DNA of 64,000 nt, taken from Bacteroidia bacterium. Its GTDB lineage: Bacteria; Bacteroidota; Bacteroidia; B-17B0; Aurantibacillaceae. The notes beneath the pieces were generated by a model that saw nothing but the letters and a program-made list of their open reading frames with translations, ran no database searches and was not told the origin of the DNA. The stretch spans positions 213,702 to 277,701 of the forward strand of contig CAXVYS010000009.1 in the NCBI GenBank assembly GCA_963422675.2, in the 5' to 3' direction. The translations under genes were made by a program, and so were the position numbers. Of this stretch, positions 36,938 through 47,300 are shown piece by piece. Positions within the stretch are counted from its first letter, which is position 1. Every line of letters starts with the position of its first letter.

Positions 36938-37927
36938 TTACGTTAACCTGTTTAATAACTGGGAGGCAAACTGTTTTAAAGTTTCTTTTTTAGAAGGATC
37001 TGCTTTCAGTTCTGCCAGGTGTTTTAAGGCAATTTCTGTATGGCTATTCGCTTCCTGCGTTGCTATTTCTTTAATGCCTAATGTATTATATAAGGCAGTA
37101 ACGCCGGCTACTTTATCGGTTTTAGAAATGCCGGAATGATGAAGCAGATCATTCAGCTGTTGTGTTTGTTGAGTATTAACAAGCTCAAATGCTTTTAGTA
37201 ACAGAAACGTTTTTTTGTTAGAGATGATGTCGCCGCCAATTTGTTTTCCAAACTGGCCGTTATCGGCATATACATCCAGTACATCATCTAAAATTTGAAA
37301 GGCGATACCCACGTGTTTTCCAAATTCATATAAATGCTTCTGGTTTTCTGTTGAAGCATTCGCACAAATAGCGCCCATTTGTAAGCTACAGCCCAGTAAA
37401 ACGGCTGTTTTATAAGTAATCATGGTAATGTAATCGTCCACACCTACTTTCTCCTGGGTTTCAAAATTCATGTCGAGTTGCTGGCCTTCGCAGACTTCAA
37501 TCCCTGTTTTAGAAAATAATTTAAGAAGTGCCGGTACATGAGCGGGGTTACAGCCACTTAAGATCTCAAATGCTTTTACCATCATACCATCACCACTTAA
37601 AAGTGCGATGTTATGATTCCATTTTTCGTGTACCGTTATGCTTCCCCTTCTTAGAGGAGCCTGATCTAAAATATCATCATGAATTAAAGAAAAATTATGG
37701 AACAGTTCAACGGAAAGAGCTGCATTCACAGCATTTTCGGGTGAAACATCAAACAGATCGCAGCCTACTAAAGTTAATAAAGGTCGTACTCTTTTTCCTC
37801 CCAATCCAATAATATAAGCCATAGGCACATACATTTCTTTAGGATGAGAGCTGTTTAATAAGCCCTGTTGTTCATCTAATGATGTGTTTAATAACTGAAA
37901 TAAGTTCGCGTAAGCTTGCACGGTCAA
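36938..37927 (-). CDS. Polyprenyl diphosphate synthase, probably short-chain (FPP/GGPP-type)
   Basis: FARM LIHDDILD and SARM FQILDDVLD. A bulky Phe at position -5 before the FARM (FSLIH-DD) suggests chain-length restriction. Confidence 0.85.
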   Translation of the reverse strand: MTVQAYANLFQLLNTSLDEQQGLLNSSHPKEMYVPMAYIIGLGGKRVRPLLTLVGCDLFDVSPENAVNAALSVELFHNFSLIHDDILDQAPLRRGSITVHEKWNHNIALLSGDGMMVKAFEILSGCNPAHVPALLKLFSKTGIEVCEGQQLDMNFETQEKVGVDDYITMITYKTAVLLGCSLQMGAICANASTENQKHLYEFGKHVGIAFQILDDVLDVYADNGQFGKQIGGDIISNKKTFLLLKAFELVNTQQTQQLNDLLHHSGISKTDKVAGVTALYNTLGIKEIATQEANSHTEIALKHLAELKADPSKKETLKQFASQLLNRLT

Positions 37928-37930
37928 TAA

Positions 37931-38797
37931 TTATTTGGTTTCAGCCATTTTTAACAGGTATGTTCCATAACCGCTTTTAGTTAATGGTTTGGCAATGGCT
38001 ATTAATTGCTCTTTCGAGATAAACCCCATTTTAAAAGCGATTTCTTCAATACAGCCAATTTTTAATCCCTGACGTTCTTCAATGACCTGTACAAATTGCC
38101 CTGCCTGCATTAATGAAGCAAAAGTTCCTGTATCAAGCCAGGCGGTTCCACGATCTAAAATAGAAACTTTTAATTGTTTACGTTTTAAATATTCTTTATT
38201 AACGTCTGTAATTTCATATTCACCACGAGGCGATGGTTTAAGATTTTTAGAGATCTCAACTACTGAATTATCGTAAAAATATAAGCCCGGTACTGCATAA
38301 TTTGATTTTGGTTTTTCTGGTTTTTCCTCAATGGAAAGCACGTTATGGTTGTCATCAAAATCAACGACGCCGTAGCGTTCAGGATCACTTACATGGTAAG
38401 CAAAAACAACACCGCCATCGGGATCATTTATTTTTTGAAGCATACGGCCCAAACCAACACCATAAAAGATATTGTCTCCTAAAACCAATGCTACTTTATC
38501 TTTTCCTATAAATTTTTCACCTAAAACAAAGGCTTGTGCTAAACCATTGGGTACTTCCTGTACAACATACGAAAATTTACAGCCCAGTTGTTCCCCTGTT
38601 CCTAAAAGCCTTTCAAAGTTAGGTAAATCCTGGGGTGTAGAAATAATAAGAATTTCATTAATTCCAGCCATCATTAATACCGATAGGGGGTAATAAATCA
38701 TTGGTTTATCATAAATGGGCATCATTTGTTTACTCATGGCCAGCGTTAATGGATGTAAACGTGTACCTGAGCCTCCGGCTAAAATTATTCCTTTCAT
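37931..38797 (-). CDS. rfbA: Glucose-1-phosphate thymidylyltransferase
   Basis: [19 protein letters not shown]-terminus and LGDNIFYG. Length and sequence are characteristic of RfbA/RmlA. Confidence 0.95.
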   Translation of the reverse strand: MKGIILAGGSGTRLHPLTLAMSKQMMPIYDKPMIYYPLSVLMMAGINEILIISTPQDLPNFERLLGTGEQLGCKFSYVVQEVPNGLAQAFVLGEKFIGKDKVALVLGDNIFYGVGLGRMLQKINDPDGGVVFAYHVSDPERYGVVDFDDNHNVLSIEEKPEKPKSNYAVPGLYFYDNSVVEISKNLKPSPRGEYEITDVNKEYLKRKQLKVSILDRGTAWLDTGTFASLMQAGQFVQVIEERQGLKIGCIEEIAFKMGFISKEQLIAIAKPLTKSGYGTYLLKMAETK

Positions 38798-38918
38798 AGT
38801 GTCTGTTTTACGAGCTTTAAAAATAGGGTTTTTATTTTAAATCAGTTCTTATTTTATTCTTGTTTTTAGCTGAATTATTGCCAAATGCTTAGTAATTTCG
38901 CAGGCAAATATTTTTCCC

Positions 38919-39986
38919 ATGAGTTCTAAAAATCCACATAAAGCAGTTATATATTGGCTTTTAACCGGCTGCGCTTTAGTTTATATTATGGTTGTTGTTG
39001 GTTGCATCACACGGTTAACACACTCGGGCCTGTCTATCACCGACTGGAGTTTTATGGGTTCTCTGCCTCCTTTATCTGAACACGCCTGGCAGGAACGTTT
39101 CGCGAAATACCAGGAGAGTCCGGAGTTTGTTAAGATCAACTATTCCATGACAATGGAAGAGTTTAAACACATCTTTTTTTGGGAATACATTCACCGTTTA
39201 ATTGGCAGAGCAATGATGTATGTATTTTTTATTGGCTTGGTAATTCTTTTGATCCGTAAGAAAATAAAAAAAGAAATGTTACCCTCTTTGATATTACTGT
39301 TTTTTATGGGAGCTATGCAGGCAGTAATTGGCTGGTGGATGGTTTACAGTGGCTTGCAGGATAAGCCTGCGGTGAGTCATTTTCGTTTGGCTACACATTT
39401 AATGAGTGCTTTTACCTTATTTGCATTTACGTTTTGGTTTGCTTTAAAGCTATTGTATCCTAAAGAAAGTGTTGAGGCTAATAATGGAAATAAACTTAAA
39501 GGATTATCCCTTTCCTTTTTTGTGTTGTTAATTATTCAGATCGTTTACGGGGCTTTTACAGCGGGCTATGTAGAGGGTGATGCAGCAAAGATCCGCCCCG
39601 GGCAAATATTTAATACCTGGCCAAAAATGGGAAGCGAATGGATGCCGGAACAGGTTACAATGAAGGATAGCTTTTACATGAACTTTTTTGAGAATGCCAG
39701 CGGAATTCAGTTTGTACACCGTACATTGGCTGTTTTACTGGTTATTTTATTGTGCATGATCTGGTATAAATCCAATAAATTAAATTTAACCAAACCACAA
39801 TACACAGCCGTTACCTTTTTAATTTATGGAATTACCGTGCAGTTTATTTTAGGGATATTTACGTTGTTATACCATGTGCCGGTAGTACTTGGAGTACTAC
39901 ATCAAACCGGAGCTTTCTTTTTGTTTGGCTGCTGCATTTATTTGTTGTTTCACGTATTCAGGAAAACAGATTCACAACCTGTTTAA
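38919..39986 (+). CDS. ctaA: Heme A synthase (COX15/CtaA family)
   Basis: Eight predicted TM helices with conserved His residues in the contexts WEYIHR, THL, FVHR and LHQ. Confidence 0.8.
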   Translation: MSSKNPHKAVIYWLLTGCALVYIMVVVGCITRLTHSGLSITDWSFMGSLPPLSEHAWQERFAKYQESPEFVKINYSMTMEEFKHIFFWEYIHRLIGRAMMYVFFIGLVILLIRKKIKKEMLPSLILLFFMGAMQAVIGWWMVYSGLQDKPAVSHFRLATHLMSAFTLFAFTFWFALKLLYPKESVEANNGNKLKGLSLSFFVLLIIQIVYGAFTAGYVEGDAAKIRPGQIFNTWPKMGSEWMPEQVTMKDSFYMNFFENASGIQFVHRTLAVLLVILLCMIWYKSNKLNLTKPQYTAVTFLIYGITVQFILGIFTLLYHVPVVLGVLHQTGAFFLFGCCIYLLFHVFRKTDSQPV

Positions 39987-40015
39987 TGTATCTCTTAATT
40001 GAATAGTATTGAAAC

Positions 40016-41431
40016 TTACCTCACACCGGTAATGGTGTTTTTCTTTTTAGGTTTGAACAAGCTGTTAAACTTATATTCTATGCCTTCGCTTGGTGAGAGG
40101 GCGGGCGATTGTGCCAATATAAACTGAGTATTAATAAAGAAATATCCCGACAATGTTTTGATCGCATAATTTTGTTTGGCATCGCCTTGGCCCTGGTATA
40201 AAATAACCCAATCCTGTTTCGGATTTGCTTTAAGGTATGCTTTGTACATTTTTATACTATCGTCCATACACACACTTACAAGGGTAATTTTATCATTGAA
40301 TTTCTTTTTAATATCGATGAGTTTTTGCATTTCCTTTAAGCTGTTTTCGCTTTGCGTGGAAAAGAAATTCAGGTAAATGTATTTGCCTTTATAAAATGAT
40401 AAATTCACCTTCATACCTGTTTTATCGTAAGCTGTAAAATCAGGAGCCTTTGCTCCAGGCTGCAACTGATAGGTATTTTGAAGCATATTGAACGCAATTT
40501 TTTTATTTTCGGGATAGTTGCTTTCCCTATATAATTGTTCAATAACACCTTGTACCTGCTTTTTATCAAAGTCGGGGCTGTAATAAAAATCGATTAATCC
40601 TTTCAGGATCAATAATTCTCTCAGCGTATCATTTGTAATGGACTTATCAGCTTTAAATTGATTTTTGAGATCCTGGTAATCTCCATAAGCATTAATGCTA
40701 TTGTAAATATTTCCCCCTGTTTTAGTAGAAGCAAAGATTTTTAAATAACCTTTAAAATGTGCATTGAAAAAATCCATGTACTCATAGTTGTTATATAAAA
40801 TGGGCCTTCTGTCGATAAATTGCTTAAACAGGATGGTTTTATTTCGCGAGGTATTAGAAAATAAATTGGCAAAACTATATTCTACATACTTTTTAAAATA
40901 AGGATTTTTAATGTTTGTGTACCTCTTTTTGCTGGTAACAAAAAAAGTATCCAACAGCGCATTTAATTTTGCAGGCGATAAATAGGTATTGCCCGCTTTT
41001 GTAAATAATGCATTGTATTGTGTATTAAAATCAATGATCAGGGCGTTTAATTCTGTACTGTCTTTTCCAAATACGCTTATATCCACAGTGGTTTCTGTGC
41101 CTTCCTGGTTATTGTTTAACGAATCTTTTCCGGGGAAAGAAATGCCATATACAAAATTAGGCTGGACATATATTTTACCGGTTAGGTTTTCAATGCTTAT
41201 TAAAACCGGTTTTGTAACAGAGGATTGGAGCTTCAATTCAAAATAACCGTCTTTATCAACCGTATCAATGCTTTCCCTGGTTTTAGTATAAGTAATGTAG
41301 TCAGAGTAATCACTTAGTACTACTTCTTTACCAATATGAGAAGGATCTGCTTTTCCTTTAATGGTAATGTTTTGGGCATTTGTATAAAAGGCAGCAAAAA
41401 TAAACAGTATGGTAAAATGGGAAATCCTCAT
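40016..41431 (-). CDS. Secreted TlpA/AhpC-like thioredoxin-fold protein with N-terminal extension; CxxC motif absent
   Basis: Signal peptide. The C-terminal region APDFTAYDKTGMKVNLSFYKGKYIYLNFFSTQSENS aligns to the TlpA/ResA pattern (F-W-A-x-W-C-x-x-C), but both cysteines are missing. Confidence 0.6.
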   Translation of the reverse strand: MRISHFTILFIFAAFYTNAQNITIKGKADPSHIGKEVVLSDYSDYITYTKTRESIDTVDKDGYFELKLQSSVTKPVLISIENLTGKIYVQPNFVYGISFPGKDSLNNNQEGTETTVDISVFGKDSTELNALIIDFNTQYNALFTKAGNTYLSPAKLNALLDTFFVTSKKRYTNIKNPYFKKYVEYSFANLFSNTSRNKTILFKQFIDRRPILYNNYEYMDFFNAHFKGYLKIFASTKTGGNIYNSINAYGDYQDLKNQFKADKSITNDTLRELLILKGLIDFYYSPDFDKKQVQGVIEQLYRESNYPENKKIAFNMLQNTYQLQPGAKAPDFTAYDKTGMKVNLSFYKGKYIYLNFFSTQSENSLKEMQKLIDIKKKFNDKITLVSVCMDDSIKMYKAYLKANPKQDWVILYQGQGDAKQNYAIKTLSGYFFINTQFILAQSPALSPSEGIEYKFNSLFKPKKKNTITGVR

Positions 41432-41500
41432 ATAGAAATATATAATACCAAATATACCATTAGTTACAGTATAATTTTCCGGGAAAGGTACTAAGATTTG

Positions 41501-42040
41501 TTAAGCGTTCTTTTGGAAAAAACTGAAGTTTACATTCCCGTATTTACGGGTTTCGAGGTAGCCTTCTTTATCGTCCAGTTTTGTTTTAGGACCGTGTTCA
41601 ATAATTAATAAACCCTCCGGATTAAGCCAGTCGTGGGCAAATACCAACTGGTGAATTTGCGCAATGTTTTCTAATTCGTATGGTGGATCAGCAAAAATAA
41701 CATCAAAAGAACTGTAAGGTTTTTCAAGATACTTAAATACATCGGCGCGCTCGGTGTGGATCATATTTAACTTAAGTGTTTTAGATATATCCCTTACAAA
41801 ATTTATACATGGTGTATGCTTATCAATAGAATATACTTTGGATGCTCCACGTGAGGCAAATTCCAGGGTAATATTACCCGTTCCTGAAAACAGATCGAGT
41901 ACACTTATTTCATCAAAATCTATTTTATTATTTAAAATATTGAAAAGCCCTTCTTTCGCAAAATCAGTTGTTGGCCTAACGGGTAAATTTTTAGGTGTAA
42001 TGAGTTGTTTTCCTTTATATGTACCGCCTATTATTCGCAA
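41501..42040 (-). CDS. rsmD: 16S rRNA (guanine966-N2)-methyltransferase RsmD
   Basis: MRIIGG...RPT N-terminus, LDLFSGTG SAM loop and the FADPPY catalytic motif. Confidence 0.85.
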   Translation of the reverse strand: MRIIGGTYKGKQLITPKNLPVRPTTDFAKEGLFNILNNKIDFDEISVLDLFSGTGNITLEFASRGASKVYSIDKHTPCINFVRDISKTLKLNMIHTERADVFKYLEKPYSSFDVIFADPPYELENIAQIHQLVFAHDWLNPEGLLIIEHGPKTKLDDKEGYLETRKYGNVNFSFFQKNA

Positions 42041-42873
42041 AATGATCTGTTTAGTAATGAGTAATTAAAATGTTGAGGCATGCCTTCAACCCCTTTCCAG
42101 TTAAGGTTTTTGTAACCAATTCCTAAATGAATATTTCTAATGTATTTCTTTAGGGTTACCATTAAGCCTGAATTACTGTCGATATTACCAACTACACACA
42201 TGGAAACTGTTACAGGATTCAGCTGGTATTGCTCTAAAATAAATAATACATAATACAATACATCTTCCTGTGTTTTCACGGAAAATCTATTTGCAAGCAG
42301 GAGTTTGGAATCCTGCGTTACTACAATTTCAATATGCTGGGGGTGAATGTATAACAGAACCTGATCTTTTGTGAGGTCTTCTGCGTGCAGCATTAATTGG
42401 GATAATACAGATAAACTGTGTTTCATCCGGTGATGCGGGAAAATAAGATCAAGCGTTGATTTTAGTTTTTCATCAATGGCATAAATCAATTTGATATCGG
42501 GTGTAATATCATCGTTTAATATGATTTTATCCTCCGCTTTTCCCGTATTAAATTCAAGCATCGCCCTTGCGTGTTCCGTATCATAAAAAGAGGCTGGACA
42601 TAACGTGAAAAATTCCGTGAAATAATTAACGTATACAAAACGGTAGATTTTTTTTGAGAACTGAAAGTGTTTAACCGCATTCATCACATGTTCGTGGCTG
42701 AGCATGGTGGAAGCTTTTCCTGAGTCGTAGTGAACGGTATATAAAGGTTTATTTTCTTCGTGGTTCAGTTCACAAAAATCAATCGAATCATCCCCTATCT
42801 GAATGACCAGGCTATCGGCCTGTTCAGATAATTTCCCGAAGGAAGTGGTATTCATATTTATTTCTGATGACAT
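42031..42873 (-). CDS. DUF3822-like protein (actin/ASKHA-like fold suspected)
   Basis: A 280-aa cytoplasmic ORF overlapping rsmD by 10 nt. The pairing upstream of rsmD is one I recognise from other Bacteroidota genomes. No catalytic motif recognised. Confidence 0.5.
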   Translation of the reverse strand: MSSEINMNTTSFGKLSEQADSLVIQIGDDSIDFCELNHEENKPLYTVHYDSGKASTMLSHEHVMNAVKHFQFSKKIYRFVYVNYFTEFFTLCPASFYDTEHARAMLEFNTGKAEDKIILNDDITPDIKLIYAIDEKLKSTLDLIFPHHRMKHSLSVLSQLMLHAEDLTKDQVLLYIHPQHIEIVVTQDSKLLLANRFSVKTQEDVLYYVLFILEQYQLNPVTVSMCVVGNIDSNSGLMVTLKKYIRNIHLGIGYKNLNWKGVEGMPQHFNYSLLNRSFCE

Positions 42874-42897
42874 TTTAAGTTACAAAGCTAAAATTAT

Positions 42898-43656
42898 TTA
42901 TGGAACCGGATTAAAGGTTTCTTTAGGGAAATTATCTACGGCCTTAATATCGTAATATTCCTCTACCTGTTCAATTTTGCCATCGCTTTTAAAAGTTACT
43001 TTGGTTTCTACATAGCCGTTACAGTGTTTCTGGTATTCATCAAACGTCATATCCATCATATGGCCGTCATCCATTTTTTCAATGATTCGTATTACCCGCC
43101 AGTTTTTTTTACTTACCCAAATCTGGTTTGAGGTAGTATCTCCGGGTTGCGCACCAATAATGTAAACCTTTTGTTTGTTCCATTTCTGATGGCTTATTAC
43201 TGTAGTATTGTAATGTTCTTTTTCCAACCGCCGGGTAATGTCATCCTGTTCTCTGTAATACATACCGCCGAGTAACAGGAGTAAGGTATTGGGATTATAA
43301 GCTGTTTTAACCAGTTTCGATTGTTTGTACCTGTAAGAACTGTCGTTTTTAAAGATTACAAAGTTACCGGATGTTTTATCTCCAAAATCAATACGGAATT
43401 TATCAGGAAACTCAATGGCTTCATGCCACTCGGAAGTGCGCACTACACTGTCGTTTCGGTAATGTTTGTTTTTTTGAGAGAAGGTATAGGCTTTACAGGG
43501 TGCGGATTTATATTTTTCATTGAGGTAATTCAGCAGATCTTTCCCTGTATTAAAAGAGAGTTCGTGCGAATCTGTTTCTATGTCGATCCCAATAATTTGC
43601 GCATTCAACACCACTGAACCAAGCAACATAAAAATAAGGAAAATGTTTTTTTTCAT
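42898..43656 (-). CDS. Secreted hypothetical protein (possibly LolA-like or outer-membrane lipoprotein-sorting fold)
   Basis: Signal peptide MKKNIFLIFMLLGSVVLNAQ and a beta-rich sequence. No diagnostic motif. Confidence 0.45.
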   Translation of the reverse strand: MKKNIFLIFMLLGSVVLNAQIIGIDIETDSHELSFNTGKDLLNYLNEKYKSAPCKAYTFSQKNKHYRNDSVVRTSEWHEAIEFPDKFRIDFGDKTSGNFVIFKNDSSYRYKQSKLVKTAYNPNTLLLLLGGMYYREQDDITRRLEKEHYNTTVISHQKWNKQKVYIIGAQPGDTTSNQIWVSKKNWRVIRIIEKMDDGHMMDMTFDEYQKHCNGYVETKVTFKSDGKIEQVEEYYDIKAVDNFPKETFNPVP

Positions 43657-43666
43657 GGAGCAGATA

Positions 43667-44428
43667 TTAATAGTTTAACTGGCGGTGAAATTCGCTGCAA
43701 ATAATCGCGCAGGCATTTGCCGCGTTTAACGATTCACTGCCATTGTGTTGTGCCGCAGGGATCGTGATAGGGTAGGTGAGCTGCGCCATCACAGGCTCTG
43801 AAATGCCATTGGCCTCATTCCCGATAATAATAATTCCTTTTTTAAGAGGGGTGGTATAGATTGTTTCGCCATTTAAAACGGCTCCATAAACAGGAATGTC
43901 CTTTATAAAAGGAAGCAGTTTATCAAAATCCAGGTGTACCACATTTACCCTTAAAGCAGCTCCCATACTCGATTGCAGGGTTTTGGGGTTATAAAGTTCG
44001 GTGGTGTTTTCAGAACAAATAATTTGTTTAATCCCAAACCAATCGGCTATCCGGATAATCGTTCCTAAATTTCCGGGATCCCGGATATCATCTAAAAACA
44101 GGGTCATTCCGGTAGTTAAAAGTTCCCGGTTTAATGTAACTTTCGGTTGGTGAACTACGGCTAAAACCTGATTAGGAGAGCTTTGCAGACTTATTTTTTT
44201 TAAGTCATCCGCTGATATCTCTGTAAAAGGAATGGCTCTTTTTTCTAAAAAGGCGCCCTGTTGTTGGATATAAGCCTGAACCGCAAAAATTTCTTTTACA
44301 TCAACAGAATTATCCTGTATAAATTCCGATACGGATTTTATACCTTCTACAATAAAAAGTCCCTGGCTATCCCTGTTTTTTTTTAAATGCAGGGCCTGAA
44401 TATATTTTATCTGGTTTTTACTAATCAT
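43667..44428 (-). CDS. TrmH/SpoU family RNA 2'-O-methyltransferase
   Basis: N-terminal SpoU substrate-binding domain, then SPOUT motifs DPGNLGTIIR, IIIGNEANGIS and SLNAANA. Confidence 0.8.
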   Translation of the reverse strand: MISKNQIKYIQALHLKKNRDSQGLFIVEGIKSVSEFIQDNSVDVKEIFAVQAYIQQQGAFLEKRAIPFTEISADDLKKISLQSSPNQVLAVVHQPKVTLNRELLTTGMTLFLDDIRDPGNLGTIIRIADWFGIKQIICSENTTELYNPKTLQSSMGAALRVNVVHLDFDKLLPFIKDIPVYGAVLNGETIYTTPLKKGIIIIGNEANGISEPVMAQLTYPITIPAAQHNGSESLNAANACAIICSEFHRQLNY

Positions 44429-44471
44429 TTTTTAAAGCTAAATTAGTAGGCTATAAATGTAACCAAACTAG

Positions 44472-47009
44472 TTGAGCTTTAGGTCTAATATTAAAAGTAT
44501 TTTGCAAAACACATCACTTAAGTACCACCGCTACTTGGGAGTATGTATTTTACTTGCTATTATTACCTCCTGCAATGTAAATAAACATTTGAATGAAGGT
44601 GAATACCTGGTTCAAAAAAGTATTATAAAGGAAAACGGTACAGCCATTGATAATGCCGAACTCGAAGCTTTTATCCGGCAAAAACCCAATCGTAAGATCC
44701 TGAAGTTAGTGCGGTTTAATTTATGGCTATACAACCAGGTTGATCAAAAAAAAATGATCAAATACAAAGAAGAGCGGAACTTAAGATATGATCGCATTAA
44801 TGCTAAAAGAATTGAAAAAAACACCGAACGCAATGAAAAACGGATTGCGAAAGGGAAATCTGCGAAAGCCCCTAAACTAAAAAATAAGGAAAAATTAACG
44901 TTTAGGGAGAGCGTATTGGAAGCCGGTGAACCCCCTGTTATCCTGGATACATTTCTCACAAATGTTACTGTTAACCAATTACAAAAATTTGTGTTTTCGA
45001 GAGGGTATTTTAACTCAACGGTTAAGGATAGCCTGGCTATTGATGAAAAAGCAAAGAGAGCTAAATCTTTTTATTTTATTTCAAAATCCACACCATATAT
45101 CATTAAAGGGATTAAATATAAAATAGAGGATCCTCTCATAGAGTATTTTATTTACAATGATACGTCCTCTTGTTTAATTAAGCGTAATAGTATTTACAAT
45201 GAAGATATTATGCAAAAGGAACGGGAACGAATTACAGAAAACCAATTAAATAACGGTTACTTTTATTTTGCTCCTGAGTACATCTATTACCTTGCAGATA
45301 CAACACTTCCGGGGCATGATGTAAATATTACCATTGGTGTAAAAATGTTTTCTGAAGCTTACAGCTCTTCTATCGATTCATTGGTCTATAAAAATCACCC
45401 TCGCTTTTATATTCAAAATGTATATGTGATTCCCGAAACCGTTAAGGATTTTAGGGGGAAATCAAATGAAGTCTATATGAAGGACACGACGTCTTATCAT
45501 GAAATTAAAATCTTGCATAATAACCGTTTAAAATTCAGAAGAAAAGATCTGTTGAGGGATGTTACCCTGGCTCCCGGCCAGCTATATCAACAAAATAAGG
45601 CAGAGGAAACTTATAAGGGAATGTCATCCTTAAGGGTATTTAAAAGTGTGTTTATTCAATACCTCGTCAACCCTAATTTTCCTGATAAACTCGATTGCTA
45701 TATCGTTTGTCAGCCCTTGGTAAAGCAGGCCGTAACAGTGGAAACAGAAGGGACGAATACATCGGGTAACCTTGGAATTGCGGGGAGTATCGTGTTCCAA
45801 AATAAAAATACCTTCAGGGGAGCCGAATTAGTTGAGTTAAGGTTGAAAGGATCTATTACAGCACAAAAGCAGTTCAATACAGGCCAAACCACAACGATCA
45901 ATAACGTTCAAAGTACCTTCAATACCATTCAATTCGGGCCGGAGTTAAGCATTTATTTTCCGAGAGCATTGTTCCCTTTCACCTTATTTTACTACAAAAA
46001 AGATGCAAATGAAAAACGTTATTTTACACAACCAAAAACTATTCTAAACCTTTCGCTCAATTACCAGTCAAGACCCGAATATTACAGAACAATCGCCAAT
46101 ATTTCTTACGGATTTAAGTTTACAAACTCAAAAGGCCTGCTTACCTATGATGTGATTCCTTTAGAGGTGTATAGCGTAAAAGCCAAGCTATTTGGCAATT
46201 TCAGAGAAAGTTTAAATACCTTGAATGATTTTTTTCTGTTGAATTCTTTTCAGGATCACATTACAACACTTTCTAAAGTATCTGCCACCTATAACAATCA
46301 AAACATTCCTAAAAAACGAAACCTGATGTACCTAAGGATGAGCTTAAGCTCTTCCGGAAATATTTTAAGAGGCTTGTACAGTGCTACAGGTCAGCCTAAA
46401 GACGCTCAGGGGAGATACCTGATTTTAAATACACCCTTTTCTCAATTTGTAAAATTGGATGCCGATTACCGTTTTTATTTTAAAGTAAGAAGCGAAAGTA
46501 AGCTGGTGTATCGTTTGGCGGGGGGCATTGGTAAACCCCTCGATAATTTATCTGTTTTACCTTATGAGCAAAGTTTTTTTAGTGGAGGACCCAATGGCAT
46601 CAGAGCCTGGAGAGCCCGCACCCTGGGGCCTGGCGGATATAGCCAGCCCGATTCGGTTACCAACCGATATGATAAGATTGGGAATATACAGTTGGAAAGT
46701 AATATTGAATATCGCTTTCACATTTTTAAATCATTTTACGGAGCCTGGTTCATTGATGCCGGAAATATCTGGCTAACCTATGATGACCCCTATAAACCGA
46801 ACGGCAAATTTACAGTGTCTAATTTTTATAAAGAGATTGCTATTGGATCAGGGTTTGGGATACGTTATGACTTTAGCTTTTTTGTACTGCGATTGGATGC
46901 CGCCGTTAAAATACGGGATCCTAAATATGCAGAAAAAAACCGTTGGACATTTGATAAGATGCCTCTTAAATCAGCTGTTTTAAACTTTGGCATCGGTTAT
47001 CCTTTCTAA
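44472..47009 (+). CDS. Omp85/BamA-superfamily outer-membrane protein, TamL-like lipoprotein
   Basis: Lipobox LAIITSC near the N-terminus, POTRA-like region, and a C-terminal Bac_surface_Ag barrel ending in GIGYPF (terminal aromatic). TTG start, uncertain. Confidence 0.65.
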   Translation: MSFRSNIKSILQNTSLKYHRYLGVCILLAIITSCNVNKHLNEGEYLVQKSIIKENGTAIDNAELEAFIRQKPNRKILKLVRFNLWLYNQVDQKKMIKYKEERNLRYDRINAKRIEKNTERNEKRIAKGKSAKAPKLKNKEKLTFRESVLEAGEPPVILDTFLTNVTVNQLQKFVFSRGYFNSTVKDSLAIDEKAKRAKSFYFISKSTPYIIKGIKYKIEDPLIEYFIYNDTSSCLIKRNSIYNEDIMQKERERITENQLNNGYFYFAPEYIYYLADTTLPGHDVNITIGVKMFSEAYSSSIDSLVYKNHPRFYIQNVYVIPETVKDFRGKSNEVYMKDTTSYHEIKILHNNRLKFRRKDLLRDVTLAPGQLYQQNKAEETYKGMSSLRVFKSVFIQYLVNPNFPDKLDCYIVCQPLVKQAVTVETEGTNTSGNLGIAGSIVFQNKNTFRGAELVELRLKGSITAQKQFNTGQTTTINNVQSTFNTIQFGPELSIYFPRALFPFTLFYYKKDANEKRYFTQPKTILNLSLNYQSRPEYYRTIANISYGFKFTNSKGLLTYDVIPLEVYSVKAKLFGNFRESLNTLNDFFLLNSFQDHITTLSKVSATYNNQNIPKKRNLMYLRMSLSSSGNILRGLYSATGQPKDAQGRYLILNTPFSQFVKLDADYRFYFKVRSESKLVYRLAGGIGKPLDNLSVLPYEQSFFSGGPNGIRAWRARTLGPGGYSQPDSVTNRYDKIGNIQLESNIEYRFHIFKSFYGAWFIDAGNIWLTYDDPYKPNGKFTVSNFYKEIAIGSGFGIRYDFSFFVLRLDAAVKIRDPKYAEKNRWTFDKMPLKSAVLNFGIGYPF

Positions 47010-47292
47010 TCAAAAAGAGTATTTCTATTTTTTTTCTTTAAATAAAAACATTCACCTGTAACTTTCGGGCATGCATAACTGTTCTATAGATAGTAACAGT
47101 TACTCAGATAATTTAAAGAGGGGCATTAACATTTTATATTGAATACAAAAGAATATAACACAATCCTTAATGTTTTTACCGTTGTTTTCATGGTTTTAGG
47201 TTTGGTTAGGATTTAGCTTTTAGTATTCCCATCCGCCGGTATATGGCATCCATGCCGGTAGGTATTATACCGTAAAACCCTGATTTTTTTAT

Positions 47293-47300
47293 TATCTTTG
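47293..47300 (+). promoter_or_regulatory. Candidate Bacteroidota -7 box (TATCTTTG) for prfC
   Basis: Exact TAnnTTTG match ending 20 nt upstream of the prfC ATG (47321). Confidence 0.4.
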
